DNA from: a virus
DNA: 60,874 bases
IMG/VR virus record: IMGVR_UViG_3300045988_147447
Strand: one strand, 5' to 3'
Part shown: positions 37,279 to 46,353 of the stretch, piece after piece
How the letters are laid out: every line of letters starts with the position of its first letter
Position numbering within the stretch: position 1 is the stretch's first letter
Position numbers and translations under genes: made by a program
The notes under the pieces: model-generated
The model's database searches: none
What the model saw: only the letters and a program-made list of their open reading frames with translations
What the model was told of the DNA's origin: nothing

Positions 37279-37311
37279 AAAAAGCCGGAAGCATAACGTT
37301 CCGGCTTTTTT
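37279..37311. terminator. bidirectional terminator
   Basis: AAAAAGCCGGAA-gcataacg-TTCCGGCTTTTTT. Confidence 0.7.
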
Positions 37312-37333
37312 ACTTGATTAGTTCTTTTACTAA

Positions 37334-37567
37334 TTACCTATCATTAAGTCCCATGTAAGTACGTTTTGAAACTTGTGTATTCCAACTGGTTCCACTTCTA
37401 TTAAAGCTCCCAAGATACCTGCCTGCAATCCTATTTACAAGATTATTAGGATTGTCAGAGTTACTTCCATAACGCTGTTGAGCTAATCTGTCGGCTTGTC
37501 GAACTATTTCCCAACCTGATTTTGTTCTTCTTCTGACTCGGCTTTAAAATTTAAATTTGTTAGACAT
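37334..37567 (-). pseudogene. ORF interrupted by an in-frame TAA at codon 8
   Basis: ATG 37567, MSNKFKF, TAA (37544-37546), then 69 further sense codons in the same frame (SRVRRRTKSGWEIVRQADRLAQQRYGSNSDNPNN...) with no alternative start. Confidence 0.4.
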
Positions 37568-37611
37568 AAAAATTTAAGCATAGGGACTTTATCCCCATTA
37601 GAAACATTCTG

Positions 37612-38049
37612 TTACTTGATTAGTCCTTTGGATTTCAATCTTTCTACGATTTGGCAGTAAAGGTACTCTATATCCTGCCGGAAATCCTTATACTGCTGGT
37701 AGATAAAGGAAACATCAGCGATATTGTTTGATATTACACACGGAGAAACATCCGGGAACACGCCGGAAATTTCTGCTCGGATACCGTTCGGCAGCCGTCC
37801 GCCGGCAAGCACACTAGGGGCGAACAAGAACAACACAATGAAGAGGAACTTCTTTCGCTGGGTAACACTTTCCGGATTGGGCGGACAATCTGCCCCGGAA
37901 AGTATCTCCCTGAACCACTCATAAATCTCCGGGATGAGAGAAAAATCAGTCAGGATAGGGGAGGATAACTCCTGCTCGCGTTCTGATAATCTTGATTTCT
38001 GTTCACGTATTGATTTCAACTCCACGATTGATGAAAATTCTTTTGTCAT
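37612..38049 (-). CDS. hypothetical protein
   Basis: 145-aa ORF. Confidence 0.5.
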   Translation of the reverse strand: MTKEFSSIVELKSIREQKSRLSEREQELSSPILTDFSLIPEIYEWFREILSGADCPPNPESVTQRKKFLFIVLFLFAPSVLAGGRLPNGIRAEISGVFPDVSPCVISNNIADVSFIYQQYKDFRQDIEYLYCQIVERLKSKGLIK

Positions 38050-38139
38050 AGCACGATTTATTTAGTTGGAAATTCTTATATTTGCATCATAATCGTGTGT
38101 GGGAGTTGGCTTCTAATCGTGTGGGCTGGCTCCCTATTT

Positions 38140-38496
38140 TTATGCCAAGTGATATGCATTCAGGATGGCGAAAGTGTAGATGATGACCGTAACCAGACTG
38201 TCCAAGAATATAGCCCATTCTCCCAGCTTTTGAATCTGACTGAAACTCATGGCCAAGACAACAAGGAAACATATCCACTGGCTTGAAAACAATCCCATCC
38301 CCAGCAATAAAAGTCCGATAGTATCCATGAATAATGCAACATGAAGCCACGGATGCGCCATCAGATACCATCTTTTTGATGTCTTATCCAGCTTCTGAAA
38401 GACTTTTACATGTCGGTATATGGATTTACATTTGAGCAGCTTCACAAGCTCGTACAGGGCTTGTATGATGATTAAGGCGTAGAATGCGTGTTTCAT
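38140..38496 (-). CDS. small multi-pass membrane protein
   Basis: 118 aa with 3-4 hydrophobic helices. Confidence 0.45.
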   Translation of the reverse strand: MKHAFYALIIIQALYELVKLLKCKSIYRHVKVFQKLDKTSKRWYLMAHPWLHVALFMDTIGLLLLGMGLFSSQWICFLVVLAMSFSQIQKLGEWAIFLDSLVTVIIYTFAILNAYHLA

Positions 38497-38498
38497 GG

Positions 38499-39104
38499 TC
38501 AGTAGTTTTTATCTCCATGCTTGTACGGACGAAGTTCATTGTATTTTATTTTCTGCTTGATGTGCCAGAAGATGTCGATATTTCTATCCCGGCAGAAAGC
38601 GAATATCTCATTCAGGAGGATAAATGGTTCATCCCTGTAGAAGTTGTCGGTGACATAGACGCAGATTCTAAACATGGACTCCGTGAAGGTCATATCAGAA
38701 TAATCTTCCGTATCGCTTCCTTCGTAGTCAAAGCTATCCAAATCATATCCTCTCAATCCAGCCAAATCCAGCAGACGGATGCAGGCATCGGCAAGTTCTT
38801 CCTCGACAGTCCCTTTGATAAATGCCTCAAAGTATTCCATGAATCTCCTTTTCCTAGTTTCTTCGGTCAATGGGACGCTATTCCCTTGCCATTCTTTGAA
38901 CATTGCAACTTTCGCATGTTTCCCTTTCCGGTCTGCTTCCACAGCTTCCATAAGTTCGGATATGACCAGGCAGAGGAAATGTTCGTCACTCAGGTTCTCT
39001 TCGTGCCATCCGTGGGCTACTGCGCACTGGTAGGCTTTATCTCTCAATTTGTTTAAGTTTATAATTTCTATATTTATGACATTTTGACATCGTTTCTCTG
39101 GCAC
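38499..39104 (-). CDS. MazG-like NTP pyrophosphohydrolase candidate
   Basis: LVISELMEAVEADRKG and VEEELADACIRLLDLAGLRGYDLD match the EExxE/D helices of MazG-type proteins. Confidence 0.5.
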   Translation of the reverse strand: MPEKRCQNVINIEIINLNKLRDKAYQCAVAHGWHEENLSDEHFLCLVISELMEAVEADRKGKHAKVAMFKEWQGNSVPLTEETRKRRFMEYFEAFIKGTVEEELADACIRLLDLAGLRGYDLDSFDYEGSDTEDYSDMTFTESMFRICVYVTDNFYRDEPFILLNEIFAFCRDRNIDIFWHIKQKIKYNELRPYKHGDKNY

Positions 39105-39143
39105 ACATATTGTATGCCCATAGTATAATTTAATTATATCTAT

Positions 39144-39458
39144 ATGAATGAATTTGATTCTTATAAGAATGATTTTGGTTTTGAAATAGGCTCTGGATTC
39201 TCAGGAAACTCTGATTACATGAAGGCTCTGGATGAGAAGAAAAGACGCGCTCTCATGGAAGAGCAATACAACTTTCTTCAAATTCAGAAATCAGAAATCC
39301 TCGCCCAACAGAAATATCGTGAGTTGCATCAGAAGGAAATCCTTGCTCAACAAAAATACCGCGAAGAGCAACGTAAAGGGGCCAATTTCGATAAATGGCT
39401 TCTAATTTTTAATACTATTATAGCCATTGCATCATTATTGGTATCTATATTCAAATAA
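39144..39458 (+). CDS. tail-anchored coiled-coil protein with an internal tandem repeat
   Basis: EILAQQKYRELHQK / EILAQQKYREEQRK duplication. C-terminal TM reads WLLIFNTIIAIASLLVSIF. Confidence 0.5.
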   Translation: MNEFDSYKNDFGFEIGSGFSGNSDYMKALDEKKRRALMEEQYNFLQIQKSEILAQQKYRELHQKEILAQQKYREEQRKGANFDKWLLIFNTIIAIASLLVSIFK

Positions 39459-39544
39459 AATACCCGGTCACCGCCACAAAGCAGTTACCGGGTATTCACA
39501 AAGCACTGACAAGGGTTGTCAGTAAGATTGGAAAATTTTAATGA

Positions 39545-40099
39545 TTACCGTACCAGTCTAACTGGTAATTTAAATCCGCAAAACACGCCAATTTTTGAGT
39601 TGCTACTAGAAGTGAGACATGCACTCGTTTTATAATTAGCCTTATTATCATTTAACAACCAAAAATAGGAAGAATCTTGATTCATAATAACATTAAAACC
39701 AATCTTACCCGTTTTATTAAAAGTCATCATAGTGCCATTAACACCAAGAAAATACACTCCACTGTATTGGTTAAGATCATCCTTAAAACCTCTTCTCAAA
39801 CAAGCTAATATCAACTCATTATATTGTTCTATTGTTGGTATTTTATATTGCAAAGCTTCATCATAAGTAAAATAACAGATTTCTCCATTTTCATCTCTCA
39901 AATAATCAGATGCCCATAAAGTCCCGCTCGACAAACCAAGGTCAACAAATTCCGCATCATTACATCCTATTTGAGCATTTTCTTGACCGCTCTTATAACC
40001 ATCTTTGTATCCATCTATATATGCCTGAGCAATGGCCTTTGTTATAGCTTCATTTGCTTTCCCATCAGCATAAGAGTTTGCTTTTTCTTGAATATCCAT
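39545..40099 (-). CDS. hypothetical protein
   Basis: 184 aa. The FVDLGLSSGTLWASDY motif is common in Bacteroidales paralog families. Function unknown. Confidence 0.5.
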   Translation of the reverse strand: MDIQEKANSYADGKANEAITKAIAQAYIDGYKDGYKSGQENAQIGCNDAEFVDLGLSSGTLWASDYLRDENGEICYFTYDEALQYKIPTIEQYNELILACLRRGFKDDLNQYSGVYFLGVNGTMMTFNKTGKIGFNVIMNQDSSYFWLLNDNKANYKTSACLTSSSNSKIGVFCGFKLPVRLVR

Positions 40100-40228
40100 A
40101 TTAGTTCAAATTATCATAGTTTACACTTGTTACAAACTTCGTAAGTTTTGTTTGAATGAACAAATAAAAAGGAAAATTTTATCCATTTAAGCCCATTATG
40201 ATTTGTCTAGAATTATAATCACGATTAT

Positions 40229-41722
40229 GTGTTTATAACTTATTTATTTTTATTTGTTGATTCTCATATTTTACTTATAATTTTGTTGAAACGATACAAA
40301 CTTATAGTTATGGAACTTATACCAATAAAAAACGAACTTAAATCTTTCAAAGACCATCTTGATATTAACGAACGTACCGTTTTCTCAGCCAAATTTGGAG
40401 ACGGGAAAACATACTTTTTAAATGAATTCAAAAAGAAATATGGAGATAGTTATGAATTTATTACCATATATCCGGTTAATTATCAGATAGCTGATAATAA
40501 AGAGGTTTTTGAGTATATTAAAAGAGATATTCTTATACAAATGGTTTCAAAGAAAATGATAGAGCCATCTTATGAAATCCCTGATTCACTAATATTCCAA
40601 TTCTTTATTATGCAGAATTCTGACTCATTCTTGGGTAATCTATTAAAAATACTACCAAGTCTAGGTGTTCCAGAACAAACAGCATCTCTTTTCTTAGCTG
40701 GATACCATGCTTTAAATTGGTCGAAAAAGATGGCTAAAAAATATAAAGAATATAAGGACGCAATTCAAAGCCAAGATGAGAATCAAATTATAGCAACCTT
40801 TTTAGAATCTTTTTCAAAGAGAATAGGAAGTCCTTATGAGATTGATTTAATCACTCAAATTATAATTGATAATATTCAATGGTTCTGTAAAAGCAACAAC
40901 AAAAAAGTTATTTTAATCATCGAAGACTTGGACCGTATGGATCCTGCTCATCTATTCAGAATTTTAAATATTTTCTCTGCACATATTGACAGAGTATACC
41001 AATATCAAAACAGTAGTACTCAAAAAGAAGAAGATACTACATATTCAGAATTATTGCCAAATAAATTTGGATTTAACAATATCATAACAGTATTTGATTA
41101 TAATAAAACTAAAAGTATTTTCCAGCATTTTTATGGACAAGAGGCTAACTATGATGGTTATATCAACAAATTCACATCCCATCAACCATTTTTCTATTCT
41201 ATAGATGAAATAGCACGTGAATATTTATATAAAGTTATATCTGAAAAATGTTGCATAACAAAAGAATCTATCAGGCATATTTCAAAACAAATTAACAACA
41301 AATTTGATTCATTGTCAGTAAGAGATGTAAATACGATTTTAAACGGAATAGATTTATATATTCAAGAAGATATTTACAAATCAGGCACTACGGAATTTAA
41401 TACAAAGTCTCCTCTAACTTATACTATTGCAATGTTTAAACTATTAGGTTACTCAAATACAGATATCAGGAGATATATTTTAAGCTTGTCAAAATCGGAT
41501 TTATTAAACTGTATAAATGTGTTTTTATATATCCGTCCAGATGTTTCAGCTAATTCCTTTACATTTCATGATATATCATATATTATTAGAATTCCTTCAA
41601 GCGATACTATCAATAAAATTCAAATAAAACCTGGGCATGACCATAGTGGATTTCATTTAATATTAACAGAAGATGATATAAATAAATGTTTAGACAGAGC
41701 ATTTGATTATATCATCAAATAG
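40229..41722 (+). CDS. KAP-family P-loop NTPase (probable true start at Met 40310)
   Basis: Walker A FSAKFGDGKTYF. KAP-type Walker B VILIIEDLDRMDPAHLFRILN. AT-rich. A single gene on its own strand. Confidence 0.6.
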   Translation: MFITYLFLFVDSHILLIILLKRYKLIVMELIPIKNELKSFKDHLDINERTVFSAKFGDGKTYFLNEFKKKYGDSYEFITIYPVNYQIADNKEVFEYIKRDILIQMVSKKMIEPSYEIPDSLIFQFFIMQNSDSFLGNLLKILPSLGVPEQTASLFLAGYHALNWSKKMAKKYKEYKDAIQSQDENQIIATFLESFSKRIGSPYEIDLITQIIIDNIQWFCKSNNKKVILIIEDLDRMDPAHLFRILNIFSAHIDRVYQYQNSSTQKEEDTTYSELLPNKFGFNNIITVFDYNKTKSIFQHFYGQEANYDGYINKFTSHQPFFYSIDEIAREYLYKVISEKCCITKESIRHISKQINNKFDSLSVRDVNTILNGIDLYIQEDIYKSGTTEFNTKSPLTYTIAMFKLLGYSNTDIRRYILSLSKSDLLNCINVFLYIRPDVSANSFTFHDISYIIRIPSSDTINKIQIKPGHDHSGFHLILTEDDINKCLDRAFDYIIK

Positions 41723-42153
41723 TCATAGATTTCCTTGTTTGATATAAAGGAAACTGGAACTTTTATTTTATACTCCCCAAAACCAAGTTTTCCTTTCACA
41801 TTTTGAATCGGCTTATCAAATAGTACTGCATCTTTCAGCACCCAGTTCCAGCAACCTTTCTCAGCCCAGACTGAAGGATGGTTCTGTACGCAGTCAGCTA
41901 TTACCACGCTGCCGATAATGACACCACGAGGTAACTTGTTGCAGTCTACACCTGCTAATTCTGAAGGATGAACTAGAATTTGTACTCTTTGCTCACTGTT
42001 CATTATCCAACCTACTCCCTTACTGTTACTTGCATGTATTAGCACTCTTTGTCCAATGTACTTCTGAGGACACTTCCAAGTCCGGTTCTCGATGTCTTTG
42101 ATACCGTGAGCGATTAGGCTCGCCCACGGCTGTTTGATGGATATTGCTTTCAT
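41707..42153 (-). CDS. ASCH-domain protein
   Basis: MKAISIKQPWASLIAHGIKDIENRTW is the ASCH/PUA-like N-terminal signature. Confidence 0.7.
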   Translation of the reverse strand: MKAISIKQPWASLIAHGIKDIENRTWKCPQKYIGQRVLIHASNSKGVGWIMNSEQRVQILVHPSELAGVDCNKLPRGVIIGSVVIADCVQNHPSVWAEKGCWNWVLKDAVLFDKPIQNVKGKLGFGEYKIKVPVSFISNKEIYDYLMI

Positions 42154-42362
42154 TTTTTGTTATTTTTAAATTCAAACATTATATTTGCGCTATAATCAAG
42201 GTTAAACGTAGGGCTATGCTTGATTTCAGTCCATTCTTTTGGTTGCTCATTGCCTACCTTTTTCCAGTTTGCAATGGCTGAGATTAGCGCGTATAATTTC
42301 ATAAAAAACTTAAACGATATGGATAGTTTTGGAAAACTTTTAAAGAGGTGGGTTTGTAGCAC
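42150..42362 (-). CDS. hypothetical small protein (start probably at an internal Met)
   Basis: 70-aa ORF. Its 5-prime end overlaps the promoter region of the opposite-strand tRNA-like RNA. Confidence 0.35.
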   Translation of the reverse strand: MLQTHLFKSFPKLSISFKFFMKLYALISAIANWKKVGNEQPKEWTEIKHSPTFNLDYSANIMFEFKNNKK

Positions 42363-42364
42363 GC

Positions 42365-42456
42365 TGGGCAGTACTCGACTTTGAATGAAATGAGCTGGAA
42401 CTTCATGACCTGAAATTTAATAGCGCTACAAGGGGTTCGATTCCCTATCTGCCCAC
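42365..42456 (+). ncRNA. tRNA-like RNA (non-canonical cloverleaf) with its own promoter motif and terminator
   Basis: Acceptor TGGGCAG/CTGCCCA and T-arm AGGGG-TTCGATT-CCCT. One extra base lies between the T-stem and the acceptor. No canonical D or anticodon arm. TAGTTTTG (-7 type motif) at 42324-42331. Confidence 0.4.
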
Positions 42457-42460
42457 ACTT

Positions 42461-42494
42461 AAAGACTGCTCTAATTCTAGGGCAGTCTTTTTTT
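42461..42494 (+). terminator. rho-independent terminator
   Basis: AAAGACTGC-tctaattctagg-GCAGTCTTT followed by TTTTT. Confidence 0.7.
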
Positions 42495-42741
42495 AATCCT
42501 CCAGTAAATCCAATATGCGAAAAAGTGCTCCTTCAAGAACAGACACCCTGTCCTCCATGTCATTTCTGTAATCTTCATATTCTTGGTCCTCATAGAGTGT
42601 CTCACACCCTTCATTTTTTGATGTTGAGTATTCCAATGATGTGTGACATATATCTGCAATATCACCAAGAACTTCATTAACAGGCTTATCGCCTAACATG
42701 GTTTCAACAGTTGTTTCAATTTTCACTTTTACTTGTTTCAT
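42493..42741 (-). CDS. hypothetical acidic protein
   Basis: 82-aa ORF in the array. The overlapping 42477..42677 ORF is rejected. Confidence 0.45.
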   Translation of the reverse strand: MKQVKVKIETTVETMLGDKPVNEVLGDIADICHTSLEYSTSKNEGCETLYEDQEYEDYRNDMEDRVSVLEGALFRILDLLED

Positions 42742-42809
42742 AGCTCCTCCTTTCCACCTATCCCAGCAGCCACCACATGACTGCCAGGAACAGGTAATAT
42801 AGTTTTGTT

Positions 42810-43085
42810 TTACTCATTTCCATTCATTTTCTTATCCATCCATTCAACAGCATCCTGTATGGATGAAACCTTCTTAAACTCACGTGTAACGCAGAACGTC
42901 ATGTACTCACAGATAATTTCTCCCACATCATTAAAGTAAATGTTGTATGCTCCAGTGCTATTTGCTCCAGTACACGGTATCTCAAGTTCCAAAGCCTTCA
43001 ATGCTTTTTCAGCATCACAAGTGAAGTAAGCATATATATCATGCGAAACCTCCTTGCATCCGGTCAATTTTACAATGTTTGCCAT
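42810..43085 (-). CDS. hypothetical protein
   Basis: 91-aa ORF. Confidence 0.45.
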   Translation of the reverse strand: MANIVKLTGCKEVSHDIYAYFTCDAEKALKALELEIPCTGANSTGAYNIYFNDVGEIICEYMTFCVTREFKKVSSIQDAVEWMDKKMNGNE

Positions 43086-43086
43086 A

Positions 43087-43365
43087 TCACTTTTTTGTTT
43101 TTAAATGTTTTCTGTATTTCACTGGTATAAATCGTTTGAGTTCAGGAAGCGAAGTAGAAACAATGTGCATCCATGCGTTCCACCTTTGTCCGTCATGGTC
43201 TCTGGATGGAATTGAACAATTCTGCCCTTGACAAGTTCCGCTTTTATTCTCAGCCTTGCATTTCACACAGCATCCTGCGCACTCAGAGGATAAATGACAA
43301 AGGATGCAAGCCTGTTCTTTACTAATTCCATAATCCAAGTTTAAAGACAGTTGAGTTTCTTTCAT
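43087..43365 (-). CDS. Cys-rich small protein
   Basis: 92 aa with 10 Cys in CILCHLSSECAGCCVKCKAENKSGTCQGQNC. Confidence 0.45.
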   Translation of the reverse strand: MKETQLSLNLDYGISKEQACILCHLSSECAGCCVKCKAENKSGTCQGQNCSIPSRDHDGQRWNAWMHIVSTSLPELKRFIPVKYRKHLKTKK

Positions 43366-43883
43366 TGATTATTTCTCCTTCTTTCAACTAATAATTCTAA
43401 TCGTTTCTCACACTCAGCACACTCGATTTTCTTGCGCTCCAGTTTCTCTCTAAACTTAACCAGCTCCTCATCCGTGTTCTCGTCAAAGAACAGATTGTTC
43501 TTACGGTTGTGTTCTATGTATTCATTCATCCTGCGTTCTGCTTTTGTTATCTGGGCTTTTGCAGAAATCAGTTTAGATAGGCAGGAACTCACCTCAAGCG
43601 ACTCTCCTGAACGCTTGTCGTAGTAGTAAAAAGAAGTGTACACATCATTCCTCGGATACTGGCATTGCAGTCTGGCCACCCTCCATCTGATTACCCACAT
43701 CCTTCTTTCGTACACTTCACGAGGAAGGTCGTAGGTGTATAGGGTGACAGATTGATGGCCGTAACCGTAGCAGATGCTGATTTGCACCCAATTCTCGATT
43801 TTCAGCTCCTTTTCAGCTTTGGCCAAATCCTTTGCGAACTGATAATAATCACTCAAACTTTCTTGCTTTCCCATATCATTCAA
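43362..43883 (-). CDS. hypothetical protein
   Basis: 173-aa ORF with overlapping start/stop. Confidence 0.5.
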   Translation of the reverse strand: MNDMGKQESLSDYYQFAKDLAKAEKELKIENWVQISICYGYGHQSVTLYTYDLPREVYERRMWVIRWRVARLQCQYPRNDVYTSFYYYDKRSGESLEVSSCLSKLISAKAQITKAERRMNEYIEHNRKNNLFFDENTDEELVKFREKLERKKIECAECEKRLELLVERRRNNQ

Positions 43884-44286
43884 AGCTCAATTCAAGTTGT
43901 TGCCAACCTGGTTCTCTGTATTTGCGATTCGTCTGCATAAAAGCTTTCCGTAAGGCTTCAGCAATCTTATCACGCATTTCTTTAGATACATGTTTCTTAT
44001 CAGCCTCACTGTTCATTTGGAGTATCTTGTTAAGGCTTCCGTTTATTGGCTTTTCGTCAAAGAACAAGCTGTATTCAGTAAATATCCGGCTACAATCCTT
44101 TGCAGCTTTCTCTTCTTCCGCATCCTGGTATCGCTCTATTACTGTTTCCTGGGCTGCTCTCAAAATCCTTTGTCCTCGGTCGCTCCTGCAACCATGCCAT
44201 TCATTCTCGAATATGACAGATATTGCACGTTTCTTGCGAATCTTACCTATCTTTGCCCATCCATAATACACTTTTAACTTTCCCAT
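43876..44286 (-). CDS. hypothetical protein
   Basis: 136-aa ORF directly after the methyltransferase. Confidence 0.5.
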   Translation of the reverse strand: MGKLKVYYGWAKIGKIRKKRAISVIFENEWHGCRSDRGQRILRAAQETVIERYQDAEEEKAAKDCSRIFTEYSLFFDEKPINGSLNKILQMNSEADKKHVSKEMRDKIAEALRKAFMQTNRKYREPGWQQLELSFE

Positions 44287-44287
44287 C

Positions 44288-45316
44288 TCACTTATTAATT
44301 ACTATTGCTATAGTTTTAGTTCCAGTTCCGCTTTCCTTGAAAGTGCCTTCTTCAATCTCGAATTTCTTCCCTCCATTATCCTCCAGCCATTGTCTAAAAT
44401 CCTTACACTCAGATTCACTTCCAAATTCCCAGTGAGGACCAGTTATTGCAGCCAGGACACCGCCGGGATTTAAACACTCATACATACGCCTTACATGCCG
44501 AATGTCCTGATTTTTACTGAATGGTGGATTTGCTATAATCTTATCATACTGTGCAATATCACACTTCGTGAAGTCATCTCCAAGAATACGTATATTATCC
44601 TTTTTCGATAGAATTTCTTTATTCTCAGGCATAAGTTCATAGCAATCTACAATTACGTCCGGACAGCTTCGATGAATCGCATCTATGATAGCACCAGTAC
44701 CAGCACTGGGTTCCAGAACCTTTTCATCATCGTGCACACCACCGGCCAACATAACCAGCCAGTCGGCTACTTCTGGAGGTGTTGCAAAAAACTGGAAGTC
44801 CTGCTGTAAATTGCACCGCTTACCTTCATGAAGAATATTGAATACTCGTTCTGCATTAAATGGAAATGTAAATCCTTGCACCTTGCCACCCATCCAGCTA
44901 CCTCCGGCTTCTTCAATCCATTTTTTAGCTTCTGCGTATGATTTCTTATTAAATTGTACTTGAGGAAGTTTCATCACATTATTTTCAAGCGTACAATGTT
45001 TAAGAATATCCTCAACACTCCATTTACTTCCAGAATCATCCTTATTGCGCTTGTTGTTCTGCTCCAGTTCGTCACACCCCAACAGACGGTTCAACGACTT
45101 CTGTACTTTCACACTTATTTCTGCCATCCTTGACATCCATTGCAGGATTGCAGTCATAAACTCCAAATCCACATGTCCGGTCTCATCGTAAATGTTTTCC
45201 CGGTCTATCAATTCCGGAAGGTTATCCATGAACATGAAGCTACCATACAACGCTTCGATTAAATTCTTTTTTTTGTTCGTCATAACTTTTCTGTAAATAA
45301 ATTCTTGTCGTATCAA
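44288..45316 (-). CDS. N6-adenine DNA methyltransferase (start probably at Met 45235, just after the recombinase stop)
   Basis: Motif I LEPSAGTGAIID and motif IV IIANPPFSKN. Confidence 0.8.
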   Translation of the reverse strand: MIRQEFIYRKVMTNKKKNLIEALYGSFMFMDNLPELIDRENIYDETGHVDLEFMTAILQWMSRMAEISVKVQKSLNRLLGCDELEQNNKRNKDDSGSKWSVEDILKHCTLENNVMKLPQVQFNKKSYAEAKKWIEEAGGSWMGGKVQGFTFPFNAERVFNILHEGKRCNLQQDFQFFATPPEVADWLVMLAGGVHDDEKVLEPSAGTGAIIDAIHRSCPDVIVDCYELMPENKEILSKKDNIRILGDDFTKCDIAQYDKIIANPPFSKNQDIRHVRRMYECLNPGGVLAAITGPHWEFGSESECKDFRQWLEDNGGKKFEIEEGTFKESGTGTKTIAIVINK

Positions 45317-46352
45317 TACTTCCGTGTCCTAAAAGGTCTGCCAACTGTACCACGTCATTGTTCTTTTTCAGATACATTTTAGCGAAGAAATGCCGAAAAG
45401 CATGAGGATGCATCTTGCTTCTATCTATTCCGCACTTATCGCCCCAGTCTTTCATTGATTGGCACAAGCTTCTCTGTGTCAACCTTCCGCACTTACCTAC
45501 TGCGACATATCCAGTCTTGTGACTCTCCTTTACGTATGCTTTTACTTCCGCCTGTAACTGCCTGCTGAAAAAGAATCTCCGGTACTTGTTTCCCTTTCCC
45601 TTTAGAGTGACTTCACCGGAAAGGATGTCCTCCCATTTGAATTGGAAGAACTCGCTTACCCTCGCCCCGGTTGTAGCCAGTATCTTGATGAAGAAGTACC
45701 TGTCCCTGTTAGGACAAGTTTTCAAATACTCAAGCAGCCGGTTGTATTCGGCTTCTGTCGGAACATTCTCCGTATTCAACTCCTTCTTGAACTTCGGGCG
45801 CTTCAACTCTATTGGCTTTTTCATCCATTTGCTGAAACGTTCAAGTGCGGTAATTCGTAGGCGTATTGTTCTGGGAGACAATCCCTCATCCTCCAGCATC
45901 CGTACAAAACGCTTGTAATTGTCAACTGATACCTCGTTGGCGTATTCGAAATATTTCTTAATTGAAAATGAATATATTTCAAGAGTGTGTGGAGAGTAAT
46001 CTTCATCCTGCGTAAGGTAATACACAAATTCATTCATCAGTTTCATGTTCTTTTCAGAAACATCGCTTAGCTTCTCCAGAGGTTTAACTGATTTCTCCTT
46101 TCGTGTGCGTGAATATCCAATACCAAGAAAATTAAGGAACCCACATAGAGCATCTTTAATGTATGGCTTATCAGATAATTCAACTGCATTTTCTCTGATA
46201 TAAGCCTTGTATCCTTTACGGTTCACCTGATAATCACTTTCAAGGAATAACTTTACAGCTTTAATGCTTTTACCAATAACTTCATAGCTTTTATCGGTAC
46301 TATACAAGTGGGATACGTATTCTATAAATATTTTTTTATTTACGTCTTCCAT
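45240..46352 (-). CDS. second tyrosine recombinase (XerC/D- or Rci-like)
   Basis: SAM-like N-domain (YSPHTLEIYSFSIKKYFEY). Catalytic residues in ATTGARVSEF, HPHAFRHFFA and LLGHGSIDTTRIY. Confidence 0.85.
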   Translation of the reverse strand: MEDVNKKIFIEYVSHLYSTDKSYEVIGKSIKAVKLFLESDYQVNRKGYKAYIRENAVELSDKPYIKDALCGFLNFLGIGYSRTRKEKSVKPLEKLSDVSEKNMKLMNEFVYYLTQDEDYSPHTLEIYSFSIKKYFEYANEVSVDNYKRFVRMLEDEGLSPRTIRLRITALERFSKWMKKPIELKRPKFKKELNTENVPTEAEYNRLLEYLKTCPNRDRYFFIKILATTGARVSEFFQFKWEDILSGEVTLKGKGNKYRRFFFSRQLQAEVKAYVKESHKTGYVAVGKCGRLTQRSLCQSMKDWGDKCGIDRSKMHPHAFRHFFAKMYLKKNNDVVQLADLLGHGSIDTTRIYLQKSYDEQKKEFNRSVVW

Positions 46353-46353
46353 A

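Noticed and set aside
38087-39056. Overlapping alternative ORFs 38087..38371 (-), 38095..38286 (+) and 38484..39056 (+).
   Set aside because: They conflict with the membrane-protein ORF 38140..38496 and the MazG-like ORF 38499..39104. The latter two have recognisable TM helices and motifs, while the alternatives have none.
43832-44435. Plus-strand ORFs of 70-144 aa opposite the early genes and the methyltransferase.
   Set aside because: They are antisense shadows of tightly packed minus-strand genes.
45240-45316. 77-nt overlap between the recombinase and methyltransferase ORFs as evidence of a fused or frameshifted gene.
   Set aside because: The two are in different frames. An internal Met at 45235 gives a normal 5-nt intergenic gap, so the simplest reading is an over-extended ORF call.
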